Positions 9,851 through 18,837 of a stretch of 64,000 nucleotides of DNA are shown one piece after another. The translations under genes and the position numbers were made by a program. The notes below the pieces were generated by a model. It was not told where the DNA came from. It saw nothing but the letters and a program-made list of their open reading frames with translations, and made no database searches. Origin of the DNA: an uncultured Chloroflexia bacterium (GTDB lineage: Bacteria > Chloroflexota > Ktedonobacteria > Ktedonobacterales > Ktedonobacteraceae); NCBI GenBank assembly GCA_963792705.1, contig CAWBXD010000010.1:2224-66223 (forward strand), given 5' to 3'. How positions within the stretch are numbered: position 1 is the stretch's first letter; every line of letters begins with the position of its first letter.

Positions 9851-10360
9851 TTACTTTGTATGGTTCTCATCCTGTTTTTCGTCAGTATGATGATTATTAG
9901 TGGTACGTGTAAGGAGGTATCCAAGTGAGAACAGCACGAGACCAACGGCAACGCCCAATGCCAGGATATTTGTATTTCCGTCCCACTCTACAACATATGC
10001 AAGAAAAGTGACGGCCAGAGATACTGTAATAACACTTGTAAGCTTCGTTTTGAGATCGTCAAGATTGGTAACGACGAGCCAAGGAAGTACAGGAAGGTTC
10101 TCATCAATAAACAGTTCATAGAGTCCAAGCGCGACAATATAGAGGACAATGGCAAATAGAAACAGGTCGATTACTTCGATGCATCCAATCGCTAGATGCT
10201 TGGAACCCTCCACAGTAAATGTGGGATGCACGAATAGTCCAAATACAATAGTCCCAAGAGTAATAGCTGCATAGATGAGGAGCGCGACAAAGGCAAGAAA
10301 AGAGCCGAGGACAGCAATAATGACGAGATAGCGACTGCTAGCAAGAATGCGTCGTAGCAT
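9851..10360 (-). CDS. YqhA/UPF0114-family membrane protein
   Basis: MLRRILASSRYLVIIAVLGSFLAFVALLIYA plus further TM segments match the family pattern. Start taken at the MLRRIL ATG. Confidence 0.6.
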   Translation of the reverse strand: MLRRILASSRYLVIIAVLGSFLAFVALLIYAAITLGTIVFGLFVHPTFTVEGSKHLAIGCIEVIDLFLFAIVLYIVALGLYELFIDENLPVLPWLVVTNLDDLKTKLTSVITVSLAVTFLAYVVEWDGNTNILALGVAVGLVLFSLGYLLTRTTNNHHTDEKQDENHTK

Positions 10361-10396
10361 GAAATATTCTTCCTTGTCATCTATTTTCTTAAGTAA

Positions 10397-10461
10397 AGGC
10401 ACCACTTAAATAGAGCAGCAATCTATATCTTTGTGAGCAACCGCCTGTTTAAGTGGTGCCT
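10397..10461. other. 14-bp perfect inverted repeat with a 37-nt spacer (possible terminator or regulatory hairpin)
   Basis: aggcaccacttaaa ... tttaagtggtgcct, located between two minus-strand genes. Confidence 0.4.
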
Positions 10462-10492
10462 CTTTCATTCTGCATTCCTACTCTTTACACCG

Positions 10493-11032
10493 TTAATGCT
10501 TTAGCGGATAGGCATAATTGTTATAAGAGTCTCCGCTTTTCTGAGGGCTAACGCCTGTATCGGGTAATGAGACTTCCGGTGTTGGCGTTGGTGTTGGCGG
10601 CGCGATTATGGTGGTCGTGATGTTGGCAGAACGACAAATGACGGTTACTCCATTATTTGTATTTTTCTGATGCACGTTCACCCAAAGTGCTATCTTTGGA
10701 AGAAGCAAGTTTTGAGGAAGGGTATACGTTCGGTTAACACTTCCATTGCGATCAGAAAGAACGGATTGTACAGACCATAAAACGGGACCGCCACAGCGTC
10801 CTTGATCCAGTGTTATAGCATGAATTGTGTATGGTACCAGACCAGTGACAGAGACACGAATTCTTTGGATGACGAGACTAGGATTTGTTGCTGCCCCTTT
10901 TGCAACCGTGTTTCCCTGAGCGGTTGCATCTTTACTGCCTGCTCTAGCAACCGACGTAGTAAAGAAGAGGACAGAAACAAATATGACGGCGGCGGCTACC
11001 ACTAGTCCCACAACGCGGACACTCATCCTCAT
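10493..11032 (-). CDS. secreted or membrane-anchored protein, unknown function (weakly CHRD-like)
   Basis: N-terminal hydrophobic signal/anchor VVGLVVAAAVIFVSVLFF, a PTPTPTP linker, and IHAITLDQGRCGGPVLW, which only faintly recalls CHRD domains. Confidence 0.5.
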   Translation of the reverse strand: MRMSVRVVGLVVAAAVIFVSVLFFTTSVARAGSKDATAQGNTVAKGAATNPSLVIQRIRVSVTGLVPYTIHAITLDQGRCGGPVLWSVQSVLSDRNGSVNRTYTLPQNLLLPKIALWVNVHQKNTNNGVTVICRSANITTTIIAPPTPTPTPEVSLPDTGVSPQKSGDSYNNYAYPLKH

Positions 11033-11277
11033 GGTATGATCCTTTTTCTATGCGATTGCACTCAAGAAATCACACTACAAATATAAAATAAAAGATGCCA
11101 TACCTCTCACAATTGTATCATGTTGTTAAGAGGTATGTATAATGCGCGTCATCACATTCTTAATAATGGCAAAGGCGGCATGTTTGATGAGTATGCTATA
11201 GACCCTTCTGAAAGGGAAACTCATCAATTCTGTCGCATTTGCACTAATTTTTACGGAGTGTGCGCGTATATAACCGC

Positions 11278-11535
11278 CTATTTCTTGCTAAAGAAACTCA
11301 TTATCTTTTCAAAGATGCCCTTTGGTCCACCCATGTTGTTAATGCGATTCTCGCCTTCTTTCTCTAGGTTTTGCAAAGCACTATTCGCAGCATCTTTCGC
11401 TTGCTGACTATACTGAGTTCCACCAGGAATTTTGGTGGCGAACTGGTCAATGGCCTGACCAACCTTCTGCTCTGCAACCTGGCGCGCTCCGTTCAACATA
11501 CCGTCTTGATTCGCGTTCTGGTCAATGTTACTCAT
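11278..11535 (-). CDS. small hydrophilic protein (stress-protein-like), unknown function
   Basis: 85-aa ORF rich in Q/A/K/N with a predicted helical character. Family assignment is not secure. Confidence 0.45.
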   Translation of the reverse strand: MSNIDQNANQDGMLNGARQVAEQKVGQAIDQFATKIPGGTQYSQQAKDAANSALQNLEKEGENRINNMGGPKGIFEKIMSFFSKK

Positions 11536-11881
11536 GTTATTTCTCTTTCTCGTTGTTCTTCAAAGAATACTATTTGTTGCTCTGTACCACCTATCCTTAC
11601 AAGGACAATATACGGGTCTGAGATGGCATTCAGCTTACATACTGCATAGCTTGTATTGAGACCATGTTAAGTATAAAAGGCAACGCTGCTAGTAACATCG
11701 CTCAAGTAGGCTATCTTGCCATCCACTTTTTGAGGAAGTATATTTTCATAGAAAGTGTTGTACATGCATACACAAATGAGGTGTTCCTGCTCTCACTCCT
11801 TCTGGTGATATACATAGTACAGGTTTTCCTGTTATACTTCTCACAGTAGAAAGCTTTTATACATGTAGGAGATAAGGTCTT

Positions 11882-12292
11882 ATGCTTGTTATGCTTCTTT
11901 TGGTTATACTTGCTGTGCTACTAAGCGATACAAAAAACGATGAGACAGAGCATGAAAAGGTAACTATCACAGGAACGGTATCCTACCTTCAGCGTATCGC
12001 CCTTCCCCTCGACACAACGATAGTGCAAGTCCAGCTACTAGACATATCTAAGCAAGATATTCGGGCACTTGTACTTGGACAGCAAACGATAACTCCTGAA
12101 CATCAGGTGCCTATTCCCTTTGCAGTGAGCTATAACCCCGAAGATATTATTCCTAACCACCGCTATGCAATTCAGGCTCGTATCACCGATTTAGATGGGA
12201 CACTTCGGTTTACAACAACACAAGTCTACTCAGTCATCACTAACGGAAATCCTCGTTCGGATGTTCAGGTTATCCTACAAATGGTACGCTAG
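11882..12292 (+). CDS. YbaY/YscW-like domain protein with N-terminal membrane anchor
   Basis: VTITGTVSYLQRIALPLDTTIVQVQLLDISKQD ... HRYAIQARITDLDGTLRFTTTQ matches the YbaY-like lipoprotein domain pattern. Confidence 0.65.
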   Translation: MLVMLLLVILAVLLSDTKNDETEHEKVTITGTVSYLQRIALPLDTTIVQVQLLDISKQDIRALVLGQQTITPEHQVPIPFAVSYNPEDIIPNHRYAIQARITDLDGTLRFTTTQVYSVITNGNPRSDVQVILQMVR

Positions 12293-12312
12293 AACGTGAT
12301 AGGCTAACATGC

Positions 12313-13005
12313 TTAGTTCTGTTTCGGAAGTCGAACGCACAAAACTGTGCCTTGTCCTGGTGCACTTTCAATCGAAAGTGTTCCATTAAGAAGGGCGACA
12401 CGTTCGTGCATAGATTGTAGTCCAAAGTGACCTGGATATACGTTCTTTGGATCGAAACCTCTACCATCATCACGAACGATGAGGATCAGAGCCTGTTCAT
12501 CTTGCATCAACCAAAGCGTAACGGTGCTGGAATGGGCATGTTTGATGATGTTATGAAACGCTTCCTGAGCAATACAATACAGTGCATGCTTACCTTCGGC
12601 TGAAAGGTCTGGCTCACCAAATAGAAATGCTTCCACATTTAGCTCATAACATTGACGTAAGAGTTCCACACGTTTGCCAAAAGCACTTACCAACCCTTCC
12701 GTCTCCAATAGGTCTGGACGGAGTTCATAAAGTAATGCGCGTACCTCATTGATGCCCATTTCTGTAAGTAAGCTCACGTGGGTCATTGGAGCAACTGATT
12801 GATGAGAGTCGGTCTCAGGTATAGTATGTGCGATCATATTGATGCCATAGAACACTTGGAGCACAGAGTCATGTAGTTCACGAGCCAGGCGCTCTCGCTC
12901 TTGACAGACAGCAACCACGAGTTCCTCTTTATGATGAAGATTATTCCGCTTCTCGGTATAATTTTTGTTCTTCCAGACTACAGATAAATTGGCAAGCGTA
13001 TTCAT
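12313..13005 (-). CDS. minimal HisKA_3/HATPase_c histidine kinase (NarL-partner type) with no sensor or TM region
   Basis: H-box ERERLARELHDSVLQ starts about residue 35. The C-terminal ATPase carries N, G1 and G2-like boxes (DDGRGF, GHFGLQSM). SD GGGGGAG lies upstream of ATG 13005. Confidence 0.85.
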   Translation of the reverse strand: MNTLANLSVVWKNKNYTEKRNNLHHKEELVVAVCQERERLARELHDSVLQVFYGINMIAHTIPETDSHQSVAPMTHVSLLTEMGINEVRALLYELRPDLLETEGLVSAFGKRVELLRQCYELNVEAFLFGEPDLSAEGKHALYCIAQEAFHNIIKHAHSSTVTLWLMQDEQALILIVRDDGRGFDPKNVYPGHFGLQSMHERVALLNGTLSIESAPGQGTVLCVRLPKQN

Positions 13006-13341
13006 TTGGCTTATATCTCCCCCGATGTGTTGAAAACGTCATCTCACCTGTACACAAACATGTCAATGTATCTATACAAAGCCGTTGACGATTTTCTAGC
13101 ATCCATGCCATCCGTGAACGCTGTACATGTTACTTCCTACGATGCTCTCTCTGTATGTAAATGTACCTTCTAATTTAGAAGAATACATCGAGAGAACACA
13201 CTATTTTCACCTCTTCGGGTGATATGCATGAACGAGTACTGTGTAGAGTGTTTACATTAGTTACAGATTTTTGATCGCGGAGAGTGGTGTAATGAATAAG
13301 GTATGAGAAAGAGGAGAAACGAGGGGATGCTTGTTCGTTTC

Positions 13342-13986
13342 TTATAAACGGTGAGCATCACGAGCCACAAGTCCTAAACGCATAGCGGCGAGAATGGCCT
13401 GTGTACGGCTTTGTACATTCAGCTTTGCCATGATATGGCGAATATGGGTCTTTGCGGTGTCCTCAGCAATATTCAACATGCGGGAAATTGTTTTGTTCGA
13501 GTGCCCTTGGGCGAGCAGTTGCAGAACCTCAACCTCGCGTTCGGTTAACGCCTCAAAATGTTCGGGCGCACGCATTCCTTGTACAAGATACGCTGATGCT
13601 TGACTAGAAAGATGAAGTTGATGGGCGGCCGCAGCTTTAATAGCTCCTAAGAGTTCAGCACCCTGTATGTCTTTAAGCAGGTAGCCGATGGCACCTGCTT
13701 GGATAGCTCTTGTTACCGAACTACTTTCAAGCACACTGGTCAAAATAACTACTTCTGTTTCTGGCACTTCTTGTCGTATTCTGGTAGTAGCGGCGATGCC
13801 ATCTAAACCCGGAATGAGAAGATCCATCAGCACGACATCCGGTCGCAACAGACAAGCTTTCTCGACTCCCTCTATTCCATCTGATGCCTCGTCTACAACC
13901 TCTATATCAGCATCGTGAGATAGGAGCATACGAAGTCCCTGGCGAACCACAGGATGGTCGTCCACAATTAAAGTACGAATCGCCAT
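13342..13986 (-). CDS. NarL/LuxR-family response regulator
   Basis: Receiver domain (LIVDDHPVV, VVLMDLLIPGLDG) plus C-terminal LuxR HTH LTEREVEVLQLLAQGHSNKTISRMLNIAEDTAKTHIRHIMAKL. Confidence 0.9.
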   Translation of the reverse strand: MAIRTLIVDDHPVVRQGLRMLLSHDADIEVVDEASDGIEGVEKACLLRPDVVLMDLLIPGLDGIAATTRIRQEVPETEVVILTSVLESSSVTRAIQAGAIGYLLKDIQGAELLGAIKAAAAHQLHLSSQASAYLVQGMRAPEHFEALTEREVEVLQLLAQGHSNKTISRMLNIAEDTAKTHIRHIMAKLNVQSRTQAILAAMRLGLVARDAHRL

Positions 13987-14003
13987 ATGCTACCATCTTT
14001 CTT

Positions 14004-14032
14004 TTGACAACGCATCAACCCTACTCTACCAT
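14004..14032 (+). promoter_or_regulatory. candidate sigma70-type promoter (TTGACA-17-TACCAT)
   Basis: TTGACA at 14004..14009, a 17-nt spacer, then TACCAT at 14027..14032. It lies in the divergent region between the response regulator and the HdeD-fusion gene and would give a leader of about 280 nt. Confidence 0.35.
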
Positions 14033-14322
14033 ATTGTGAGACAAGGCACTCACCAAAGAGTATAGCGTAAAACGCTTTATGACACACCACATCTACGGGT
14101 GATTTCAGTATACCTCTTTTGGGTGAGAAAGCACTACGATGGAAGAAATCACTCCTTTTAGCGATGTGTGATGGAAAAGCTTCATCCTATACTTTTCCTA
14201 ATAGCAACCCACGCATTAAAAGCGGCAATAAATATACGCACATCTCGTATCCCAGTTTACAAGGTGAGCAAGGACTGAGCAGATGCTTAGGGGATATTCT
14301 TTAAGGTTAAAAAGGGGTAAAA

Positions 14323-15576
14323 ATGGAAGCGATACGTACACGTTTATGGTGGATGGAAGTGGCACGTGGTGTTATTACCATCGCCTTCGCCTTCCTCTTA
14401 TTTTTTGATCGTGGCTATACGCCGCGTATCTTGATTTACGCGTTGGGTATCTACTTACTTGTTGATGGCTGCATGGATATATACAAGGTGGCAAATGGGA
14501 AACGTGAAGCGAAGCGCAAACTGCTTGACTATGGTGCAGCTACCATCAGCATTCTGATAGGTTTGTTGAGCCTTATAGTACCGAAGATAACCATTTTCCT
14601 GTTGATTGCCATTATCGCAATTAGAATTATCATCCGAGGTGGTAAAGTTATTCTTGAGGCAGTGCGCTCTTCCAGTCGCTATGCTGGTTTAAGCTGGCTG
14701 TATGGAGGTTTACTCATACTCGTTGGCCTTTTTCTTTTGGTGCGTCCAACAGTCGCCTTTCTCTTACTTATGCTCTTTCTAAGTTTCTACGCATTTTGTG
14801 ATGGCCTTTACATGTTAATACGAGGGTTAAATCTGCGCTTCAGGCCCTCTGTTTTTGCAGCATCGGCACAGCAAAACTTAGAGAAGTTCCTCGATATACC
14901 AGAAAAGCTGCCACCTACGACGCGAAGAGCTGTGGTATTTGTACGTCGTACAGGAGCAAATGGGCTAGGTCATATTAGTTGGGCCTTCGAGTGGCAGAAT
15001 GGCTGGTTTAATGCGGGATCAGTTGAAAATACGGCAGCAAAGCCAATGGCGAAACCGGAAGAGATGGAATTCTGGTCAGTACATACACTCGACCCAGTTG
15101 CAGCAATGCAAAAGCAAAAATATCCATATGATGAGTATAAAATTTTTTATGTGTCAAATCCTAATCCCAAAGAAGCTTGGAAGACCGTTGTATGGGAAAG
15201 CCGCGAACCATACTCCATCTTGCATCATAATTGTAATGATGTAGCCTATGATGTGCTACGAGCATACGGTGTTGTTGAGCTACTTGATCCTGCAACGGAA
15301 CACATTCCCACAGATTGGTATGATGCCTTGTCGGGTCAGAGTTTCCAAATTGCACGTTATCCCATTATTCCAGTCCATCTTCGTAGGATGTCACTGCGCC
15401 AACTTATCACCCAGGAGATCGCACTTACCATTCCACCTCACATTCTTGGCACACCTCCGGCATGGCGCATGCAAGGGTGGCGTTCATGGGCCGAAATAAC
15501 GCTGGCATGGGACAAAATGCTCTCAGATGTACATATGCTTTTTGTCTCGCTGAGAAAAATGATAGTGAAGGAATAA
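14323..15576 (+). CDS. fusion of an HdeD/DUF308-type multi-TM domain with a C-terminal PPPDE/LRAT-like (papain-fold) putative thiol hydrolase
   Basis: N-terminal half has repeated TM hairpins (WWMEVARGVITIAFAFLLFF, LIYALGIYLLVDG). C-terminal half has a His motif NGLGHISWAFEW and a Cys motif YSILHHNCNDVAYDVLRAYG. Confidence 0.6.
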   Translation: MEAIRTRLWWMEVARGVITIAFAFLLFFDRGYTPRILIYALGIYLLVDGCMDIYKVANGKREAKRKLLDYGAATISILIGLLSLIVPKITIFLLIAIIAIRIIIRGGKVILEAVRSSSRYAGLSWLYGGLLILVGLFLLVRPTVAFLLLMLFLSFYAFCDGLYMLIRGLNLRFRPSVFAASAQQNLEKFLDIPEKLPPTTRRAVVFVRRTGANGLGHISWAFEWQNGWFNAGSVENTAAKPMAKPEEMEFWSVHTLDPVAAMQKQKYPYDEYKIFYVSNPNPKEAWKTVVWESREPYSILHHNCNDVAYDVLRAYGVVELLDPATEHIPTDWYDALSGQSFQIARYPIIPVHLRRMSLRQLITQEIALTIPPHILGTPPAWRMQGWRSWAEITLAWDKMLSDVHMLFVSLRKMIVKE

Positions 15577-15626
15577 CAACGATGGCTGCACAAAATATTT
15601 AAGTATATTTTGTGCAGCCATCGTTG
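15577..15626. terminator. bidirectional terminator hairpin
   Basis: caacgatggctgcacaaaata / tattttgtgcagccatcgttg forms a stem of about 21 bp between convergent genes. Confidence 0.8.
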
Positions 15627-15647
15627 TTATATCAAGCAAGAGTATTT

Positions 15648-15923
15648 TTATGCATTGCTTCCATGTTCTGGCAGAGATGCGGGTGAGAGCAATAATTGAT
15701 CGAGAGTTTGCTGGCGTACACGATAACTGAGGCGTTTCCCTTGATGAGGCAGAATTACAGCATCCAACACACCAAGTGTGATCCAGCGACGCACAGTTGT
15801 CGAATCTACTCGTAGACGACGCGCAACTTCAGTGATAGTAAGTAATGTGTCCTGCGATGAAGCAACTTCTGGTGTTGCAGTGCCTACCGATTGTGCATGC
15901 TCAATAACGGTGTGTAGTGACAT
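15648..15923 (-). CDS. small helix-turn-helix DNA-binding protein (excisionase/MerR-like HTH_17 type)
   Basis: LLTITEVARRLRVDSTTVRRWITLGVL is a typical HTH_17 motif. Confidence 0.6.
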   Translation of the reverse strand: MSLHTVIEHAQSVGTATPEVASSQDTLLTITEVARRLRVDSTTVRRWITLGVLDAVILPHQGKRLSYRVRQQTLDQLLLSPASLPEHGSNA

Positions 15924-16197
15924 AGATATTTTCCTCTTTCTTTGTTATCAAGAAGCGCGTCAAGCTCTGCTTCTCGAAAGAGAGAACTAATTGATATAGG
16001 AAGCAATTAGCAGCCGAATAAACACTCTTTTCTAAACGTCTTCCACGTTCTACTCTATATAAGAGTATAAACAAGAAAACACGTTCATACATCACTCATC
16101 GATAGTATTTTGATATAGCTCTTTCGTGTGATAGCATCAGGAGGATAGAATGGCTAGACTTAGTGTTTGTTTCCTAGCCAAACGTTTTTTCTGGCGT

Positions 16198-16253
16198 AAG
16201 CAATACCATACGGAACGAGTCCTGATTGGGACTCGTTCCGTATGGTATTGCTT
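16198..16253 (-). terminator. long hairpin downstream of copA
   Basis: 25-bp perfect stem aagcaataccatacggaacgagtcc / ggactcgttccgtatggtattgctt with loop tgattg, 5 nt after the copA stop. Confidence 0.7.
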
Positions 16254-16258
16254 GATGC

Positions 16259-18637
16259 TTACCGGCCGAATCGACGTAAGCGCAGTGAGTTGCTCACGAC
16301 AGTGACCGAAGAGAGAGCCATCGCCGTTGCCGCAAAAATCGGAGCATTCTCTCGTAGGATAGGAATTAAGGGAGAGAGAATAGCTATAGGTATCAAGACC
16401 ACGTTGTAGGCAAAGGCCCAGAAGAGATTTTGCTTGATAGTTCGTAACGTTGCACGGGAGAGAGCTAGTGCTGTCGCAATGCTCTTTAGGTTCCCTTTTA
16501 CCAATGTGATATCGGACGCTTCGATTGCCACATCGGTACCCGTTCCCATAGCAATGCCTGCATTAGCCTGCACCAGAGCGGGTGCATCGTTGATGCCATC
16601 ACCAGCAAATGCTACAATTATGCCTTGATCCTGTAAATGCTTGACCTGATTCGTCTTGTCTTCTGGTAGCACCTCTGCCAGCACATGCTCAGGTGCAATG
16701 CCAACACTGGCGGCAATAGCTTGTGCGGTACGTCGATTGTCACCTGTAACCATCCACACAACAATTCCTTGTGCGTGTAACTGCTGAATCGCTTCTACCG
16801 AACCAACTTTGACGGTATCAGCGACCGCGACCGCTCCTACAAGCTCGCCATCAAGAGCAATAAGCATCGCTGTCTTGCCTTGCTCCTCCAACGTTTTCAA
16901 TTGCTCCTCTAAAGGTGAGGAGTCGATAGAATGCTCTTGAAGCAAGGTTCGCGTCCCAATCAGGATAGCACGACCTTCTATCGTCGCTTGCAAACCACGT
17001 CCGGCGAGGGCGGCGAAGCGTTCGGGATATGCATTGACTCGTAGGCCGCGTACTTTCGCCCCTTCAACAATAGCAGTTGCGAGTGGATGCTCAGACCCCT
17101 GCTCTGCCTCTGCTGTCAAGCGTAACATTTCGTCAACTTGCGTGGAAGCAATAGCAATTACGTCCGTCAGTTCGGGCTTACCCTTCGTGATAGTACCAGT
17201 TTTATCGAGGAGAACTGCTCGCACAGCTTGAATACGTTCAAGGCTCTCACCACCCTTGATCAGAATACCTTGCTCTGCCCCTTTGCCTGTTCCAACCATG
17301 ATGGCTGTTGGCGTAGCAAGTCCAAGGGCACATGGGCAAGCAACAACTAGAACGGCAACGGCTGCCACGATTGAGCTAATCCAGGGGTTACTCGTACCCA
17401 TCATACCTGCTGAATGTATGCCAATAGCAAAGATGTTTGTAAGCATGGCCCATACAATGAAAGTCAGCGAGGCGATTACCAACACCGTTGGCACAAAGAT
17501 GCTAGAGATAGTGTCCGCGAGACGCTGAATGGGAGCCTTCGACCCTTGTGCTTGCTCAACCATTCGCACGATACTTGCCAGCACCGTATCAGCCCCTACT
17601 TTCGTTGCCTTCATATGTAGCAAACCATGTTGGTTCACGGTTGCGCCTATGAGCATGTCGCCAGCACTTTTTTCGACGGGAATGCTTTCACCAGTAATCA
17701 TCGACTCGTCAATAGAGGAGTGGCCCGAACGGACCTCGCCATCGACGGGGATTTTTTCACCTGGGCGCACGATCAGCTCATCGCCGACCTGTACCTGTTC
17801 TATCGGTAATTCGATTTCGTGTCCTGCACGAAGTACATGCGCGGTTCGAGCTTGTAGGCCCATCAATTTTTTGATCGCGTCATTTGCCTGCCCCTTAGCA
17901 CGTGCTTCCAAATACTTGCCCAGGAAGATTAGCGTCACAATGAGGGTTGTCGTATCGTAAAAAGTGGTACCACCAACAACTTTGGGAAAGAAGGTAGCGA
18001 CAACACTCAAGATATATGCTGCTGTTGAACCAAGCGAAACCAAGGTGTCCATATTCGCGCTACCATGAAGCAAGGTCTTGATCGCTCCTTTATGGAACTC
18101 CCAACCTACGACAGCCCAAACAGGCGTTGTCAAGACGAGCAGGAGAATATTTTCACCTGGAAATGCGTTCATAAAAAACATACTCAAGAGCACAACAGGG
18201 AGCGAAAGTGCTATAGCGAGAATGAGAAGATTACGCTTGCGAACCAATTCCGCGGCTTTCCGTGAGTTCCGCTCGTCCTCTTGTTGAGTACTGATGGAGG
18301 TGAAATTGCTGACGCTGCTCTCCGTCGTTGTTGTAGTGATGGGTTGTGGTGCAGGTTGCTCTATGAGTGTTGCTTTGTACCCAACTGCCTCGACCTTCTG
18401 TAGCATCTGGTCCACACCTGTCTGTTCAGGATTGTACATGACGGTGCCACGCTCGGTCGCCAAGTTGACTTGAGCATCCAGGATGCCGGGGACCTTTTTA
18501 AGTCCCTTTTCGATACGCATGGCACAGGAGGCACATGTCATCCCTTCAAGGGCAAGCGTTGCTTGACTTGCAGCACTGGCCTGATCGTGTGCGCCCTCTT
18601 GCACGGTCTCGTTTGTGCTGTTTGTTTCTATCGTCAT
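16259..18637 (-). CDS. copA: copper-translocating P1B-type ATPase
   Basis: N-terminal HMA motif [14 protein letters not shown]6 CPC ([12 protein letters not shown]), phosphorylation site DKTGTIT, and hinge [10 protein letters not shown]. Confidence 0.95.
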   Translation of the reverse strand: MTIETNSTNETVQEGAHDQASAASQATLALEGMTCASCAMRIEKGLKKVPGILDAQVNLATERGTVMYNPEQTGVDQMLQKVEAVGYKATLIEQPAPQPITTTTTESSVSNFTSISTQQEDERNSRKAAELVRKRNLLILAIALSLPVVLLSMFFMNAFPGENILLLVLTTPVWAVVGWEFHKGAIKTLLHGSANMDTLVSLGSTAAYILSVVATFFPKVVGGTTFYDTTTLIVTLIFLGKYLEARAKGQANDAIKKLMGLQARTAHVLRAGHEIELPIEQVQVGDELIVRPGEKIPVDGEVRSGHSSIDESMITGESIPVEKSAGDMLIGATVNQHGLLHMKATKVGADTVLASIVRMVEQAQGSKAPIQRLADTISSIFVPTVLVIASLTFIVWAMLTNIFAIGIHSAGMMGTSNPWISSIVAAVAVLVVACPCALGLATPTAIMVGTGKGAEQGILIKGGESLERIQAVRAVLLDKTGTITKGKPELTDVIAIASTQVDEMLRLTAEAEQGSEHPLATAIVEGAKVRGLRVNAYPERFAALAGRGLQATIEGRAILIGTRTLLQEHSIDSSPLEEQLKTLEEQGKTAMLIALDGELVGAVAVADTVKVGSVEAIQQLHAQGIVVWMVTGDNRRTAQAIAASVGIAPEHVLAEVLPEDKTNQVKHLQDQGIIVAFAGDGINDAPALVQANAGIAMGTGTDVAIEASDITLVKGNLKSIATALALSRATLRTIKQNLFWAFAYNVVLIPIAILSPLIPILRENAPIFAATAMALSSVTVVSNSLRLRRFGR

Positions 18638-18670
18638 CGGTCTTCACCTCTCATTTGGAGCCTTTAACCC

Positions 18671-18689
18671 ACACCCTACGGTAGGGGGT
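18671..18689 (-). promoter_or_regulatory. GC-rich palindromic operator candidate (CsoR-type look) at the copA transcription start
   Basis: acaccctac-g-gtagggggt is a 9-1-9 inverted repeat with one mismatch, starting 8 nt downstream of the predicted -10. Confidence 0.5.
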
Positions 18690-18697
18690 ATAGATAA

Positions 18698-18726
18698 AGT
18701 ATAAAACACTACGTCAAGGTTGTCAA
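18698..18726 (-). promoter_or_regulatory. copA promoter (TTGACA-17-TATACT on the minus strand)
   Basis: Minus strand reads TTGACA (18726..18721), a 17-nt spacer, then TATACT (18703..18698). Confidence 0.7.
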
Positions 18727-18777
18727 ATGCTCATAAACTAGGAGTGAACATGCTGAGAGACCTCATGCCGGACGCAA

Positions 18778-18810
18778 AAAGGGCAGTCTCCTTAACGAAG
18801 ACTGCCCTTT
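18778..18810 (-). terminator. intrinsic terminator of the DEAD-box helicase gene
   Basis: Minus strand reads aaagggcagtct-tcgttaagg-agactgcccttt followed by TTTTG. Confidence 0.8.
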
Positions 18811-18837
18811 ACTATTATTCAATCAATCAGCAAAACA

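Noticed and set aside
10493-10570. An LPDTG motif near the C-terminus of the secreted protein, which could indicate a sortase substrate.
   Set aside because: The motif is followed by a hydrophilic 19-aa tail (VSPQKSGDSYNNYAYPLKH) rather than the hydrophobic segment plus basic anchor required for a sorting signal. No sortase gene is in the window.
16150-16302. A 50-codon plus-strand ORF with an excellent SD (AGGAGG, then 5 nt, then ATG 16150).
   Set aside because: It runs straight through the 25-bp copA terminator hairpin and 44 nt into the copA 3' end in antisense. The peptide is basic and Cys-rich with no features. It is probably fortuitous, though ribosome profiling could revisit it.
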